DNA of 64,000 nucleotides from Pseudomonadota bacterium (lineage in GTDB: Bacteria; UBA10199; 2-02-FULL-44-16; DYJF01). This document shows, in pieces, positions 9,923 to 19,190 of the stretch. The notes under the pieces were generated by a model that was not told the origin of the DNA, searched no databases, and worked only from the letters and a program-made list of their open reading frames with translations. The translations under genes were made by a program, and so were the position numbers. The stretch covers positions 32,001 through 96,000 of the forward strand of contig JBDRBB010000009.1 in NCBI GenBank assembly GCA_043823065.1. The letters run 5' to 3'. How positions within the stretch are numbered: the first letter of the stretch is position 1; every line of letters starts with the position of its first letter.

Positions 9923-10594
9923 TTATTTCTTTTTCTTCAGTTCCTGCTTCTCTTCTTTCATCATTTCTTTCTGATCCTTTACAGCTGTTTTAGTGCCAGC
10001 AGCAGCGCCTGCCCAAAAACTATAATCTAGGCCGGTTTGCTTTTTGATATATTGCATAATATCGCCATTGGCCATATTTGTAGCGTGCCACAATACTTCT
10101 GAATCCAGGCCGCCACCCACAAAACCGCCTTTGGCCTTGGCTGAAGCTTGCAGCACACCGATTACTGATTTATCTTTGGCATTAATCAGTTCCACAGTCA
10201 TGGTCACTTTTGCTTTTCCGGCAAGAGGCACAAGTCTGGCTGCTGCATTACCGTTATCAAACTGATCAATATTATATTTCATAATCAAAGTAGTTGGTTT
10301 GCGGTTAGGTGCATTGTAATGAAAGGGGATAGTTGTTTTTGCTTTCTTTGTCCCCTCAATCATATTCTTGCGCAAAGTGTCTTTGGTCTTGGTTAGTAAG
10401 GTCTCAATCTTGGGCATGCGATCTTTATCTACTTTGCCAAAATCCACATTTTTACTGGTGACAGGCATGATCACAATATTTTTCACTTCCTTAAAATCAT
10501 AACTTTTATCTGGCTTTTGAATAAATTTCACTTTAGCCATTGCTGTGGTGCTAATCGCCAAACTCAATAAAGTAACCATCAAAATTTTCTTCAT
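9923..10594 (-). CDS. Exported hypothetical protein (DUF4410-like)
   Basis: Signal peptide ending AMA, GGAGG RBS, FDNGNAAARLVPLAGKAK segment reminiscent of DUF4410; the family call is tentative. Confidence 0.6.
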   Translation of the reverse strand: MKKILMVTLLSLAISTTAMAKVKFIQKPDKSYDFKEVKNIVIMPVTSKNVDFGKVDKDRMPKIETLLTKTKDTLRKNMIEGTKKAKTTIPFHYNAPNRKPTTLIMKYNIDQFDNGNAAARLVPLAGKAKVTMTVELINAKDKSVIGVLQASAKAKGGFVGGGLDSEVLWHATNMANGDIMQYIKKQTGLDYSFWAGAAAGTKTAVKDQKEMMKEEKQELKKKK

Positions 10595-10678
10595 AAATCC
10601 TCCGATTTTTTATTAAAACAATAACCTCCGTGCAATCAATAATTAATTTGCCAACTTTCGAATTGGAACAGTTTTGTT

Positions 10679-11017
10679 TTAAGCTGCTTTGTAAATGACT
10701 TTTCCGGTTGCTTGAATTTCCTCCCAGAATATACTATCTGGTCCTTTATTCTTAATTTCCTCAGGAGTATATCCAATAATTTCCAAGGGAGCTGGGAGTT
10801 TCCAGGAAATTATCGAAAGAAATTCTAAACGCTCTAAATAGGTAAATCTCTTAAGATCTTTTGATATTATAACCAAATCAATGTCACTGCTTTCATTTTG
10901 CCGATTTACAGCCCATGAACCATAAAGAATAACCTGTTCAATATGTATGCCTTGCTTTTCCAATAAAGTAGATAACTTTTCTACTATTTTTTTGATATCA
11001 GATAGTTTTCTAACCAT
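10679..11017 (-). CDS. Minimal nucleotidyltransferase (MNT) antitoxin
   Basis: LYGSWA-x-SDIDL (GS-x10-DxD) motif, 112 aa, overlaps the HEPN gene. Confidence 0.88.
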   Translation of the reverse strand: MVRKLSDIKKIVEKLSTLLEKQGIHIEQVILYGSWAVNRQNESSDIDLVIISKDLKRFTYLERLEFLSIISWKLPAPLEIIGYTPEEIKNKGPDSIFWEEIQATGKVIYKAA

Positions 11018-11379
11018 AAAAATAACTCCTTAGTGATTTCGAGAATAGTTGAAGCGTAGGCAACAGTATACACTTTATGTAATTTCTCTAAATCCTCTGG
11101 ATACTTTGATGCCAAATAATGAGGGGAAAGCTTAGCAATGTTTGCTTCAAGATTGTCAGGCAAATCAATTCCACCTTGTTCAATGAGAATTTTGAAATTA
11201 TGTGTTTTTTGGGGAATGCTATTTGTATGTTCTTGGATAATGGCCTTTAATATTTTTTCAATAGCCTGGTGGCAAAAATGAACAGCATATTGTGGCCTTT
11301 TGGCACTATCAACAATACTTTCAGCAAATTCTAAATCACCTTTTGCTAATTCGAACCATGTCAATGTCTTCTTTTTCAT
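10984..11379 (-). CDS. HEPN domain protein (toxin partner of MNT)
   Basis: W..AxxDL, FCHQAIEKILKA, KTHN, YLASKYP motifs; translationally linked to MNT. Confidence 0.88.
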   Translation of the reverse strand: MKKKTLTWFELAKGDLEFAESIVDSAKRPQYAVHFCHQAIEKILKAIIQEHTNSIPQKTHNFKILIEQGGIDLPDNLEANIAKLSPHYLASKYPEDLEKLHKVYTVAYASTILEITKELFLWLENYLISKK

Positions 11380-11406
11380 TTTATACTAACTATTATATAA
11401 TATTTC

Positions 11407-11568
11407 TCATATCAAGCTATTAATTAACCTCTGAGCCTCCTGTTGTAAGGAATGAATAAACCGAAGAGCCATATTATTCAATATCTTGCTACTTTTATAA
11501 ACAATGCCAATAGAGCGTTTAGCGCCAGTTTTAATTGGCAATTCATTTATTAGTTTATAGGACAAAAT
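11407..11568 (-). pseudogene. Remnant of the C-terminus of a LysR-type regulator substrate-binding domain
   Basis: Manual translation ILSYKLINELPIKTGAKRSIGIVYKSSKILNNMALRFIHSLQQEAQRLINSLI* matches the LysR C-terminal pattern R.IGIVY...L...A..FI..L. There is an in-frame stop immediately upstream and no HTH. Confidence 0.6.
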
Positions 11569-11824
11569 TCATAATTCATATAATAGAGTCCTTTATTTAT
11601 ATTTAAGTGATAATTGTTCATTGAGCGAATTAGGATTATATATGGATTACCAATACGATTTTGGCGAATATAATGAATGTTGCAGATTTGGCGTATGAAG
11701 AAATTTTGGATTTAGCGAAATGACGCTTATTTGAGCATCTTATCCCCAATGTTGTATTATGGTTAAGGTTGATATTTGAATTAGATTATATATACAGGAA
11801 TGACAAAGACGAAGGAGTAAATTT

Positions 11825-12484
11825 ATGATTAAAGCAGTTCTTTTTGATATGGATGATGTGATTGTGCACAGCACACCGCAACATTTTGAGGCTTATGAAA
11901 AAGCATTAAAAGAGTTTGGCGTAACCAGCGTTAAAATTCCTGATGATTTGCGCGCGAAAATTTATGGCATGCGCATTAGTGAAATTATGCAACTCTTTGT
12001 AGATTATTTTCAGATGGATGTTGATTTTGAAGCCTTGCTGGCTAGACGCAATGAATATTTTATGCAGTTAGTTGCTAAAGGTGTGGAGCCTATGCCAGGT
12101 TTGGATGTTATTTTAAAAAATATAGAAAAATGGAATTTGAAAAAAGCCTTAGCAACTTCTGGTATCCAGGAATATGCCAGTGAGGTTTTGCGTCAGTTCA
12201 AATTAACTGGTTATTTTGACGCGATTGTAACTGGTGATCAAATTGCCAATCCTAAACCAGCGCCAGACACGTTTTTATTAGCTGCGAAAAAGTTGGGGAT
12301 GAAACCTAGCGAATGTGTGGTTTTAGAAGATGCCACCAATGGCATTATTGCTGCTAAAAAAGCTGGAATGCGAGCAATTGGTATAAAAAATTCTGTTATT
12401 GAAACCCATCAGGACCTATCGCAGGCAGATGTTGTGGTCCAGAATTTGGGTGAAATAAACCTGCCCATTTTAAGTGGTGATTAA
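11825..12484 (+). CDS. HAD-superfamily phosphatase (beta-phosphoglucomutase/Gph-like)
   Basis: FDMDDVI motif I, LATS, KPAPD, VLEDATNG; AAGGAG RBS. Confidence 0.9.
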   Translation: MIKAVLFDMDDVIVHSTPQHFEAYEKALKEFGVTSVKIPDDLRAKIYGMRISEIMQLFVDYFQMDVDFEALLARRNEYFMQLVAKGVEPMPGLDVILKNIEKWNLKKALATSGIQEYASEVLRQFKLTGYFDAIVTGDQIANPKPAPDTFLLAAKKLGMKPSECVVLEDATNGIIAAKKAGMRAIGIKNSVIETHQDLSQADVVVQNLGEINLPILSGD

Positions 12485-12697
12485 TATCACTTTTTATAAA
12501 AAAATACCCTATCATAGACAAATTGACACCACGATAAAGTCCTCATTATACGGCCTAAGAGTCGTTTATATCATTTTGACATATCATTAAGATAATTGCT
12601 GGGTCTAATTAAACCCCACACAAAAACCTAACTTTTCCAAATATTAATAACTATATGAAATAACAAGCTAAATAATCGCCTGAGTTGTGTCAGGTGT

Positions 12698-12714
12698 TTG
12701 GCACATCTGTTGCA
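12698..12714 (+). promoter_or_regulatory. Sigma54 (RpoN) -24/-12 promoter
   Basis: TTGGCAC-ATCTG-TTGCA is a perfect TGGCAC-N5-TTGCW match, 37 nt upstream of ATG 12752, with AT-rich upstream DNA. Confidence 0.8.
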
Positions 12715-12751
12715 CTTAACCCTATGTGTAATCCACGAGGGGGGTGCAAAA

Positions 12752-14401
12752 ATGAAAAAGGCGAGAAAATACAATAAATTAGCTTTGCTCGTAATTTTTT
12801 CAACTTCTCTTTTTGTTGGATGCGGTTCAGATAGCACAGGGACATTTAGTAGTACCAATGGCGATGATTTAGGATCTGGAAGCGGGGTAGAATTTTCTAA
12901 TGAATACAGCTCGCCTGCTGAACTTGGCAAAGGTGATTTAATGTATGTAAATTTTGGAGATTCTAATCAAACTACAGTTGATTTCACTGGAGTGGATCAA
13001 ACAGCTAAATTTTTTCTGATTGCTGGTTCAGTTAGTGAGACCAGCGGCACTTCCATGGTTTTTTCCAGTGAACTAGCTGCTTCTATGGAAAAAAGTTTGG
13101 ATGTAGTTATGTCTAACCAAGAATTAAATTATGAAGCTTCAGATATTTTTTCAGCCTGGATCAGGGCTGCAGAATTTGATCTAGCAGAAAATGGCGAAGA
13201 GATTTCGCAAAATATTGGTCTGGGTAAATCAATGGGATTAAAGGCAGTTGGCTTGGGTGATCCTCAAAATTTTAGAGTATTGGCTAGCTTAACTTCAACC
13301 AGCAGTTATGTGACAGTAACTGCCCAGGCAAAATACATTGGCAGTGAGATTATTTTATATGTAGATAATGAACTAACTGAAAATGATTTAAACCAAGAAG
13401 AAATAAATGAGCTAGGTGTTTTTTATGATGATATTGCTCAAAGAGAGCAAGCCCTATTAGGTGAAGCTTCTGATGTTGATAGTGATGGAAAATTTTCTGC
13501 TCTAATTACCCCTCAAATAAATCGCTTAGGCGAAATGGGCGGCGGTATTATCACGGGTTACTTTTTCAGCGCTGATCTTTATGTGCGCAACAGCTCCAAT
13601 CCGGTCAGCAATGAAATGGAAATTGTTTACATGCTAGCCCCTGATCCTGATGGTGAGTGGGGTTATCCTATTTCCAAGCAATTTGCATTGTCCAATTTAC
13701 TAATGCCGGTTTTCCCCCATGAATTGCAACACGCCATCAGTTATAATCAACATGTTTTTGTTAATAATGGTTCTCCTGAAGAAAGTTGGTTAAATGAAGG
13801 TATGTCTCATTTTATTGAAGATTGGGCAGGTGTGGGCTTGGAAAATCCTTCCCGTTATAGCGGATTTTTGGCCAGTCCTTCAAGTGTATCTTTGGTTAAC
13901 TCTGGTTCGCCAAACTTGTTGGAACGAGGGGCTGCCTATCTTTTCTTAAGATATTTATATGAGCAATCTGCTGACGGCGCAGCCTTTTTAGCCAGACTAG
14001 AAGATACCTATCTTGTGGGCGTAGATAATTTAGTAAATGCCTTTAATGGTCCCAGTGGTTTTTCCGAGTTTTATGAATTAATGGCGCGGTGGACTATAGC
14101 TCTGGCTTTAACCAATCAGGGTATTACTCAAGATTCCAGATATATTTATCAGGACCGAGTTTTAAATAGTGAAACTGGAAATTGGGAAGGTGTATGTTTG
14201 ATTTGCGAAGCAGATGATAATCGGGGAACGGTTTTAACAGGCGTAAATATGACCACCTACCTGGGAAGTACTTCAGCTGTTATAGCTGCTTCTGCTGCCA
14301 GGTTTTTTGATATCCAAGATCTAGATTATGTGTATCCAGAAATGCAAATTACAGGTACTGCTAGTAATGGTAATTTTGCAGTGCTAATCAGGCAAGAGTA
14401 G
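12752..14401 (+). CDS. Lipoprotein zinc metallopeptidase (M30 hyicolysin-like)
   Basis: Lipobox LFVGC, GYFFSADL, HELQH followed by WLNEGMS (HExxH...E). Start moved to MKKARK after a GAGGGGG RBS. Confidence 0.8.
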   Translation: MKKARKYNKLALLVIFSTSLFVGCGSDSTGTFSSTNGDDLGSGSGVEFSNEYSSPAELGKGDLMYVNFGDSNQTTVDFTGVDQTAKFFLIAGSVSETSGTSMVFSSELAASMEKSLDVVMSNQELNYEASDIFSAWIRAAEFDLAENGEEISQNIGLGKSMGLKAVGLGDPQNFRVLASLTSTSSYVTVTAQAKYIGSEIILYVDNELTENDLNQEEINELGVFYDDIAQREQALLGEASDVDSDGKFSALITPQINRLGEMGGGIITGYFFSADLYVRNSSNPVSNEMEIVYMLAPDPDGEWGYPISKQFALSNLLMPVFPHELQHAISYNQHVFVNNGSPEESWLNEGMSHFIEDWAGVGLENPSRYSGFLASPSSVSLVNSGSPNLLERGAAYLFLRYLYEQSADGAAFLARLEDTYLVGVDNLVNAFNGPSGFSEFYELMARWTIALALTNQGITQDSRYIYQDRVLNSETGNWEGVCLICEADDNRGTVLTGVNMTTYLGSTSAVIAASAARFFDIQDLDYVYPEMQITGTASNGNFAVLIRQE

Positions 14402-14448
14402 GATTTGTGACTTTACTTTTCAGGGCCCATCTCATATAAAATCCAGCT

Positions 14449-15231
14449 ATGCATCCAATATTATTCAGAATTCCCATTTTTGGAGGAGTTACTATTTACA
14501 CCTATGGTTTTATGGTGGCCTTGGCTTTTTTGGTAGCTCTTTTTTGGGTGAGTCGGGAAAGTAAACTAAAAGGCTTAAATCCAGCCCGAGCCATGGATCT
14601 TTGTTTTTATGTTATTGTTTCAGGAATTGTTGGTTCTAGGCTTTTGCATGTTTTAATAAGTGAACGCTCCAGGTTTTTGGAAAATCCTTTGATCTTTTTT
14701 AAAATTTGGGAAGGTGGTCTGGTTTTTTACGGTGGTTTGATTGCCGCTATAATCACTGCCTATTGGTATATGAAAAAACATCAACTCTATTTTTGGAGCT
14801 ATGCTGATGTTTTTACGCCAGCGATTTCTATAGGTCATGCTATTGGCAGACTGGGTTGTTTTATGGCTGGTTGTTGTTTTGGCAGACCACTTGGTTATGA
14901 TGCCTGGTTTAGTATTATATTTCCTGCTCATGAACATGGTTTTGCCCCAACAGGTATACCACTTTATCCAACTCAGCTCATGGAGGCAATTGGCGAGTTA
15001 TTTATTTTTGGTATGTTATTAGTGGTGCGCAGCAAGAAAAGATTTGAAGGCCAGTTGTTGGCGACCTATTTAATTGCTTACGCAATTTTGCGCGCCTTTG
15101 TTGAATATTTCAGGGGAGATGTGGTGCGCGGATTTGTGATTGATCCTTGGTTTTCCACTTCACAGTTTATCAGCGTAATAATGTTGATAATTGGTTTGGC
15201 GATTTATGTTAAACGCTGGAAAGAAAAATAA
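14449..15231 (+). CDS. lgt: Prolipoprotein diacylglyceryl transferase
   Basis: YTYG, GSRL, WEGGLVFYGG, GRLGCFMAGCCFG, YPTQL, RAFVEYFR. Confidence 0.92.
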   Translation: MHPILFRIPIFGGVTIYTYGFMVALAFLVALFWVSRESKLKGLNPARAMDLCFYVIVSGIVGSRLLHVLISERSRFLENPLIFFKIWEGGLVFYGGLIAAIITAYWYMKKHQLYFWSYADVFTPAISIGHAIGRLGCFMAGCCFGRPLGYDAWFSIIFPAHEHGFAPTGIPLYPTQLMEAIGELFIFGMLLVVRSKKRFEGQLLATYLIAYAILRAFVEYFRGDVVRGFVIDPWFSTSQFISVIMLIIGLAIYVKRWKEK

Positions 15232-15242
15232 AGGAAATCTTT

Positions 15243-15734
15243 ATGAAGAAAATTAATCTTAGCTGTATAGTTTTTTTCAGCGCAATTGCTGCGTTTTGCG
15301 CCCAATGCGCCAAACCCATGATTAACGCCACGATTGAACCTGATATCAGATATGTTTCCGAAACTGTTAAAACAGATAAACAAGAAGCTTATGATGCCGC
15401 TAAATGGTCTTTGGTAATGAATGGCTATCCTTTAGCCACCAAAGATGAAAAACAAGGTCTTTTGGAAACTGCTTGGGTGCCCAGCAAAACAGATTCCCAT
15501 GCCTTGGTGATGTTCAATCGCCGAGATTTGGGAGTTAATGGCGCCTATTATCAGATGATTGTGCAAGTTGTGTCCAATAATGGCGAAACCCGTTTAGATG
15601 TAGGAACACGTATTAAATCTGTAGCTAGTGGAGTAAAATCAACTGGAATTGAAGAGCGCAGAATTTTGCGTGATGTTAAAGAATATTTAAGAAAAAAAGA
15701 ACCAACTGTTAGTAATGTCGGATTAGAGGAGTAA
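15243..15734 (+). CDS. Exported or lipoprotein hypothetical protein
   Basis: Signal-like N-terminus with Cys (FCAQC), AAGGA RBS, embedded in the lgt-ileS operon. Confidence 0.65.
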   Translation: MKKINLSCIVFFSAIAAFCAQCAKPMINATIEPDIRYVSETVKTDKQEAYDAAKWSLVMNGYPLATKDEKQGLLETAWVPSKTDSHALVMFNRRDLGVNGAYYQMIVQVVSNNGETRLDVGTRIKSVASGVKSTGIEERRILRDVKEYLRKKEPTVSNVGLEE

Positions 15735-15742
15735 CAGATCGT

Positions 15743-18535
15743 ATGAATTACAAAGATACCTTGAATTTGCCTCAAACTGATTTTCCCATGAAGGCTAACC
15801 TTGCTCAGCGTGAGCCAGAGCAGCTGAAAACTTGGAAAGAAAATAGTCTTTATGCTCAATTAATTGAGCATAATAAAGATAAGCCAGCCTATATCCTGCA
15901 CGATGGCCCTCCCTATGCTAATGGCCATCTGCATTTGGGAACTATCTTAAATAAGATTCTTAAAGATATAGTTGTGAAATATAAAAACATGGCTGGCTTC
16001 AAATGTGAATATGTGCCTGGTTGGGATTGTCATGGTTTGCCCATTGAATTGGAAGTTGATAAAAAACTGGGTGGGAAGAAGCGTGAACTAAGCCCGTTGG
16101 CTAAAAGAAAAGCTTGCCGAGAACATGCTGAGAAATTTGTTAATATTCAAAGAGAAGAATTTCAGCGCTTAGGTTGTTTGGGCAAATGGGAAGCTCCTTA
16201 TCAAACCATGTCCTTTGCTTATGAAGCAACTATTGCCCGTGAGTTTGGGAAATTTGTTAAAAATGAAGGAGTATATCGCGAGAAAAAACCAATTTTGTGG
16301 TGTCCTTCTTGTGAAACAGCGCTGGCTGAAGCTGAAGTGGAATATGCAGATCATGAAGCGCCTTCAATTTATGTAAAATTTGAGTTAAAAGATGACCAAG
16401 ATTTTAGAAAAGAATGGAAATTAAAAGACGAAAAAATTTATGTGGTTATTTGGACTACCACACCTTGGACTATTCCAGCTAACCTGGGAATTTGTTTGCA
16501 CCCAGATTTGCCTTATGTGGCTGTTAAAGTTGATGGCGAAGTTTGGATAATGGCTGAAGGTTTAATGGAAACAGTCATGGCTGCTGCTGGCAAAACAAAT
16601 TACCTGGTAATTGGCCAGCCAACTTCCCAAAGCTTGGAACACAAGCACTGCCACCATCCTTTAATTGATCGTCCTTCAATATTAATTTTAGGCGAGCATG
16701 TGACTTTAGAAGCTGGAACAGGTGCAGTACACACAGCTCCTGGTCATGGCCAAGAAGATTATGAAGTTGGTTTAAGATATGGTTTGGATGTGTTTGCGCC
16801 AGTTGATAGCACTGGTAAATTTACTTCAGAAGTAAATATTGATGGTTTGCAGGGCTTATTTGTGGAAGCAGCCAATGACACTATTATCGAAAAACTAAAA
16901 CAGGTTAATGCCTTGGTAAAAAGTGATAAAGTTTCGCATTCCTATCCTCATTGTTGGCGTTGTAAAAAGCCAATTATTTTTCGTTCAACTGAGCAGTGGT
17001 TTATCTCCATGAAAAAAAATGATTTGCGCCAGAAATCATTAGAAGCAATTGAAAATGTGCAATGGATTCCACCTTGGGGCAGAAATCGCATTCATGGCAT
17101 GGTTTCGGTGCGCCCAGATTGGTGCATTTCCAGGCAGCGCATCTGGGGTGTGCCAATTGTTGCTGTGGTTTGTGAATCTTGCGGTTCAATTCAAACCTCT
17201 CCTGAACTGGTGGAAAACGCGGCTTTAGCATTTGAAAAACAGGGCGCAGATGCCTGGTTTAGTTTGCCAGTGGAAGATTTGTTGCCTGTTAATTTTAAGT
17301 GCAGCAATTGCGGGGAGACCAAACAATTTGGCAAAGAAAATGATATTTTAGATGTCTGGTTTGATTCAGGTGTTTCCTATGCTGCAGTTCTGGAAAATAC
17401 TTTGAATATTAAAGAACAGGCAGATTTATATTTAGAAGGTAGCGATCAACATCGTGGCTGGTTTCATACCTCGCTATTAACCTCTATTGGCACGCGCGGC
17501 CGCGCGCCTTATAAAAGGGTGTTAACTCATGGCTTTGTGGTAGATGGCCAAGGTAAAAAATATTCAAAATCAGCAAAAAATTACGTGCCGCCTGAAGAAT
17601 TAATCAAAAAACATGGTGCAGAGATTATTAGATATTGGGTTGCTGCTGAAGATTATCGGGATGATATTAGGTTTTCAGATGAAATTTTAACGCGCTTAAT
17701 TGATTCTTACCGCAAGATCAGAAACACTTGTCGTTATATTGTTTCTAATCTTAATGATTTTAATCCAGACAGGGATGCGCTTGCTTATAAAGAGCTCAAA
17801 GAAATAGATAAGTTTGCCCTGCATGATTTGCAAAAAGTGGTGAAAAAAGTTGAAGCAGCTTATAATAGTTTTCAGTTTCACGTAATTTCTCAAGAGCTCA
17901 ATCGCTTTTGCATTGTAGATTTATCAGCATTTGTTTTTGATATTATGAAAGATCGTTTGTACTGCGAGAAAAAAGATGGGGATTTGAGAAGATCAGGACA
18001 AACTGTATTGTGGCAGATAGGCGAAGCTTTGGTTAGGCTTATGGCGCCAATACTTTCCTTTACTGCAGATGAATTGTGGAAACACCTGCCAGCATATCAG
18101 GATAAAGCAAAAAACGTCTTTTTTGCTTCTTTGCCTCAAGTTGAAGAAAAATATATTAATGAAGAGTTGGGTGCGCGTTGGGAAAAAATGCGGCAAATTC
18201 GGGAAGTGGCAACTAAGGCCTTGGAAATGGCTAGGGCGGAAAAATTTATCGGCAATCCATTAGAAGCTAAGTTGATTTTGGAAACAACTGTTGAGCTCAA
18301 AGAATTTTTGAAAAGCTTTGGAGCAGATTTACCAGATCTTTTTATTGTTTCTCAAGTTGAATTTGGTTCAGCTCAAGGAAATTATATTTATGAAACTGAA
18401 GAAATGCCTGGCTTAAAGGTTGCAGTTGCCAAGGCTTCAGGTGCAAAATGTGGTCGGTGCTGGAAGTTTGCTGATAGTGTGGGAGAAAACAAAGAGCATC
18501 CGGAAATATGCGCTAGGTGTGCTAATGTTATTTAA
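15743..18535 (+). CDS. ileS: Isoleucyl-tRNA synthetase (type 1)
   Basis: HDGPPYANG, PGWDCHGLPIE, WTTTPWT, GTGAVHTAPGHG, DWCISRQR, EGSDQHRGWF, C-terminal CGRCW...CARC zinc finger. Confidence 0.97.
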   Translation: MNYKDTLNLPQTDFPMKANLAQREPEQLKTWKENSLYAQLIEHNKDKPAYILHDGPPYANGHLHLGTILNKILKDIVVKYKNMAGFKCEYVPGWDCHGLPIELEVDKKLGGKKRELSPLAKRKACREHAEKFVNIQREEFQRLGCLGKWEAPYQTMSFAYEATIAREFGKFVKNEGVYREKKPILWCPSCETALAEAEVEYADHEAPSIYVKFELKDDQDFRKEWKLKDEKIYVVIWTTTPWTIPANLGICLHPDLPYVAVKVDGEVWIMAEGLMETVMAAAGKTNYLVIGQPTSQSLEHKHCHHPLIDRPSILILGEHVTLEAGTGAVHTAPGHGQEDYEVGLRYGLDVFAPVDSTGKFTSEVNIDGLQGLFVEAANDTIIEKLKQVNALVKSDKVSHSYPHCWRCKKPIIFRSTEQWFISMKKNDLRQKSLEAIENVQWIPPWGRNRIHGMVSVRPDWCISRQRIWGVPIVAVVCESCGSIQTSPELVENAALAFEKQGADAWFSLPVEDLLPVNFKCSNCGETKQFGKENDILDVWFDSGVSYAAVLENTLNIKEQADLYLEGSDQHRGWFHTSLLTSIGTRGRAPYKRVLTHGFVVDGQGKKYSKSAKNYVPPEELIKKHGAEIIRYWVAAEDYRDDIRFSDEILTRLIDSYRKIRNTCRYIVSNLNDFNPDRDALAYKELKEIDKFALHDLQKVVKKVEAAYNSFQFHVISQELNRFCIVDLSAFVFDIMKDRLYCEKKDGDLRRSGQTVLWQIGEALVRLMAPILSFTADELWKHLPAYQDKAKNVFFASLPQVEEKYINEELGARWEKMRQIREVATKALEMARAEKFIGNPLEAKLILETTVELKEFLKSFGADLPDLFIVSQVEFGSAQGNYIYETEEMPGLKVAVAKASGAKCGRCWKFADSVGENKEHPEICARCANVI

Positions 18536-18541
18536 TGAATT

Positions 18542-18653
18542 TCTAAATATTAATATCTAAACTCTAAACAATATCAAAATTCAAATGATCAAAACTTTTT
18601 GAATTTTGGTAATTAGAATTTGTTTAGGATTTAGAATTTAGGATTTAGATATT
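18542..18653. repeat. AT-rich heptamer-like (TCTAAAT/ATTTAGA) inverted repeat element
   Basis: Left arm TCTAAAT/ATCTAAAC/TCTAAAC units; right arm TTTAGGA/TTTAGAA/TTTAGAT units; together an imperfect long hairpin. Confidence 0.75.
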
Positions 18654-18659
18654 AAATTT

Positions 18660-19190
18660 ATGCAATTTAAGTACAAAGTCCTTTTAATAATAACACCGTT
18701 GGTATTCCTCTTTGATCAGCTCACCAAGTGGCTGGTAATCAAAAATATTCCCTTATTTGGTAAAATTCCAATCATAGCTGGTTATCTTGATCTTGTGCAT
18801 TATCAAAATCCAGGTGCTGCTTTTGGTATGTTTGCCCAGGCTGCACCAGGTTTTCGCCAGCCATTTTTCTATATTGTCACAGTTGTTGCGATAATTATTT
18901 TTGCCATATATTTTTTAAAACTTTCCAAAGAGTCCAGGCTTTTGCCAATCACCTTTTCCCTGATTTTTGGCGGCATTGCCGGCAATATTATAGATCGCAT
19001 TCGTGTAGGTGCAGTAACTGATTTTATTTCTGTGCACATTCAATACAAGGTTGTTAACTGGACTTTATGGGGAAAAAATATTTCTATTCCACTTGATTGG
19101 CCAGCATTTAATGTAGCAGATAGCGCGATTACTATTGCTATGTGTTTGTTGATTATTTCGGTTTTTAAAACTGATCGGGGGAGTTTATGA
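18660..19190 (+). CDS. lspA: Lipoprotein signal peptidase II
   Basis: DQLTK, NPGAAFG, GNIIDR, VTDFI, PAFNVADS; located downstream of ileS. Confidence 0.95.
   Translation: MQFKYKVLLIITPLVFLFDQLTKWLVIKNIPLFGKIPIIAGYLDLVHYQNPGAAFGMFAQAAPGFRQPFFYIVTVVAIIIFAIYFLKLSKESRLLPITFSLIFGGIAGNIIDRIRVGAVTDFISVHIQYKVVNWTLWGKNISIPLDWPAFNVADSAITIAMCLLIISVFKTDRGSL

Noticed and set aside
11645..11723. Short frame ITNTILANIMNVADLAYEEILDLAK resembling a HicA toxin C-terminus
   Set aside because: Too short, with no start or GSH motif; the similarity may be chance
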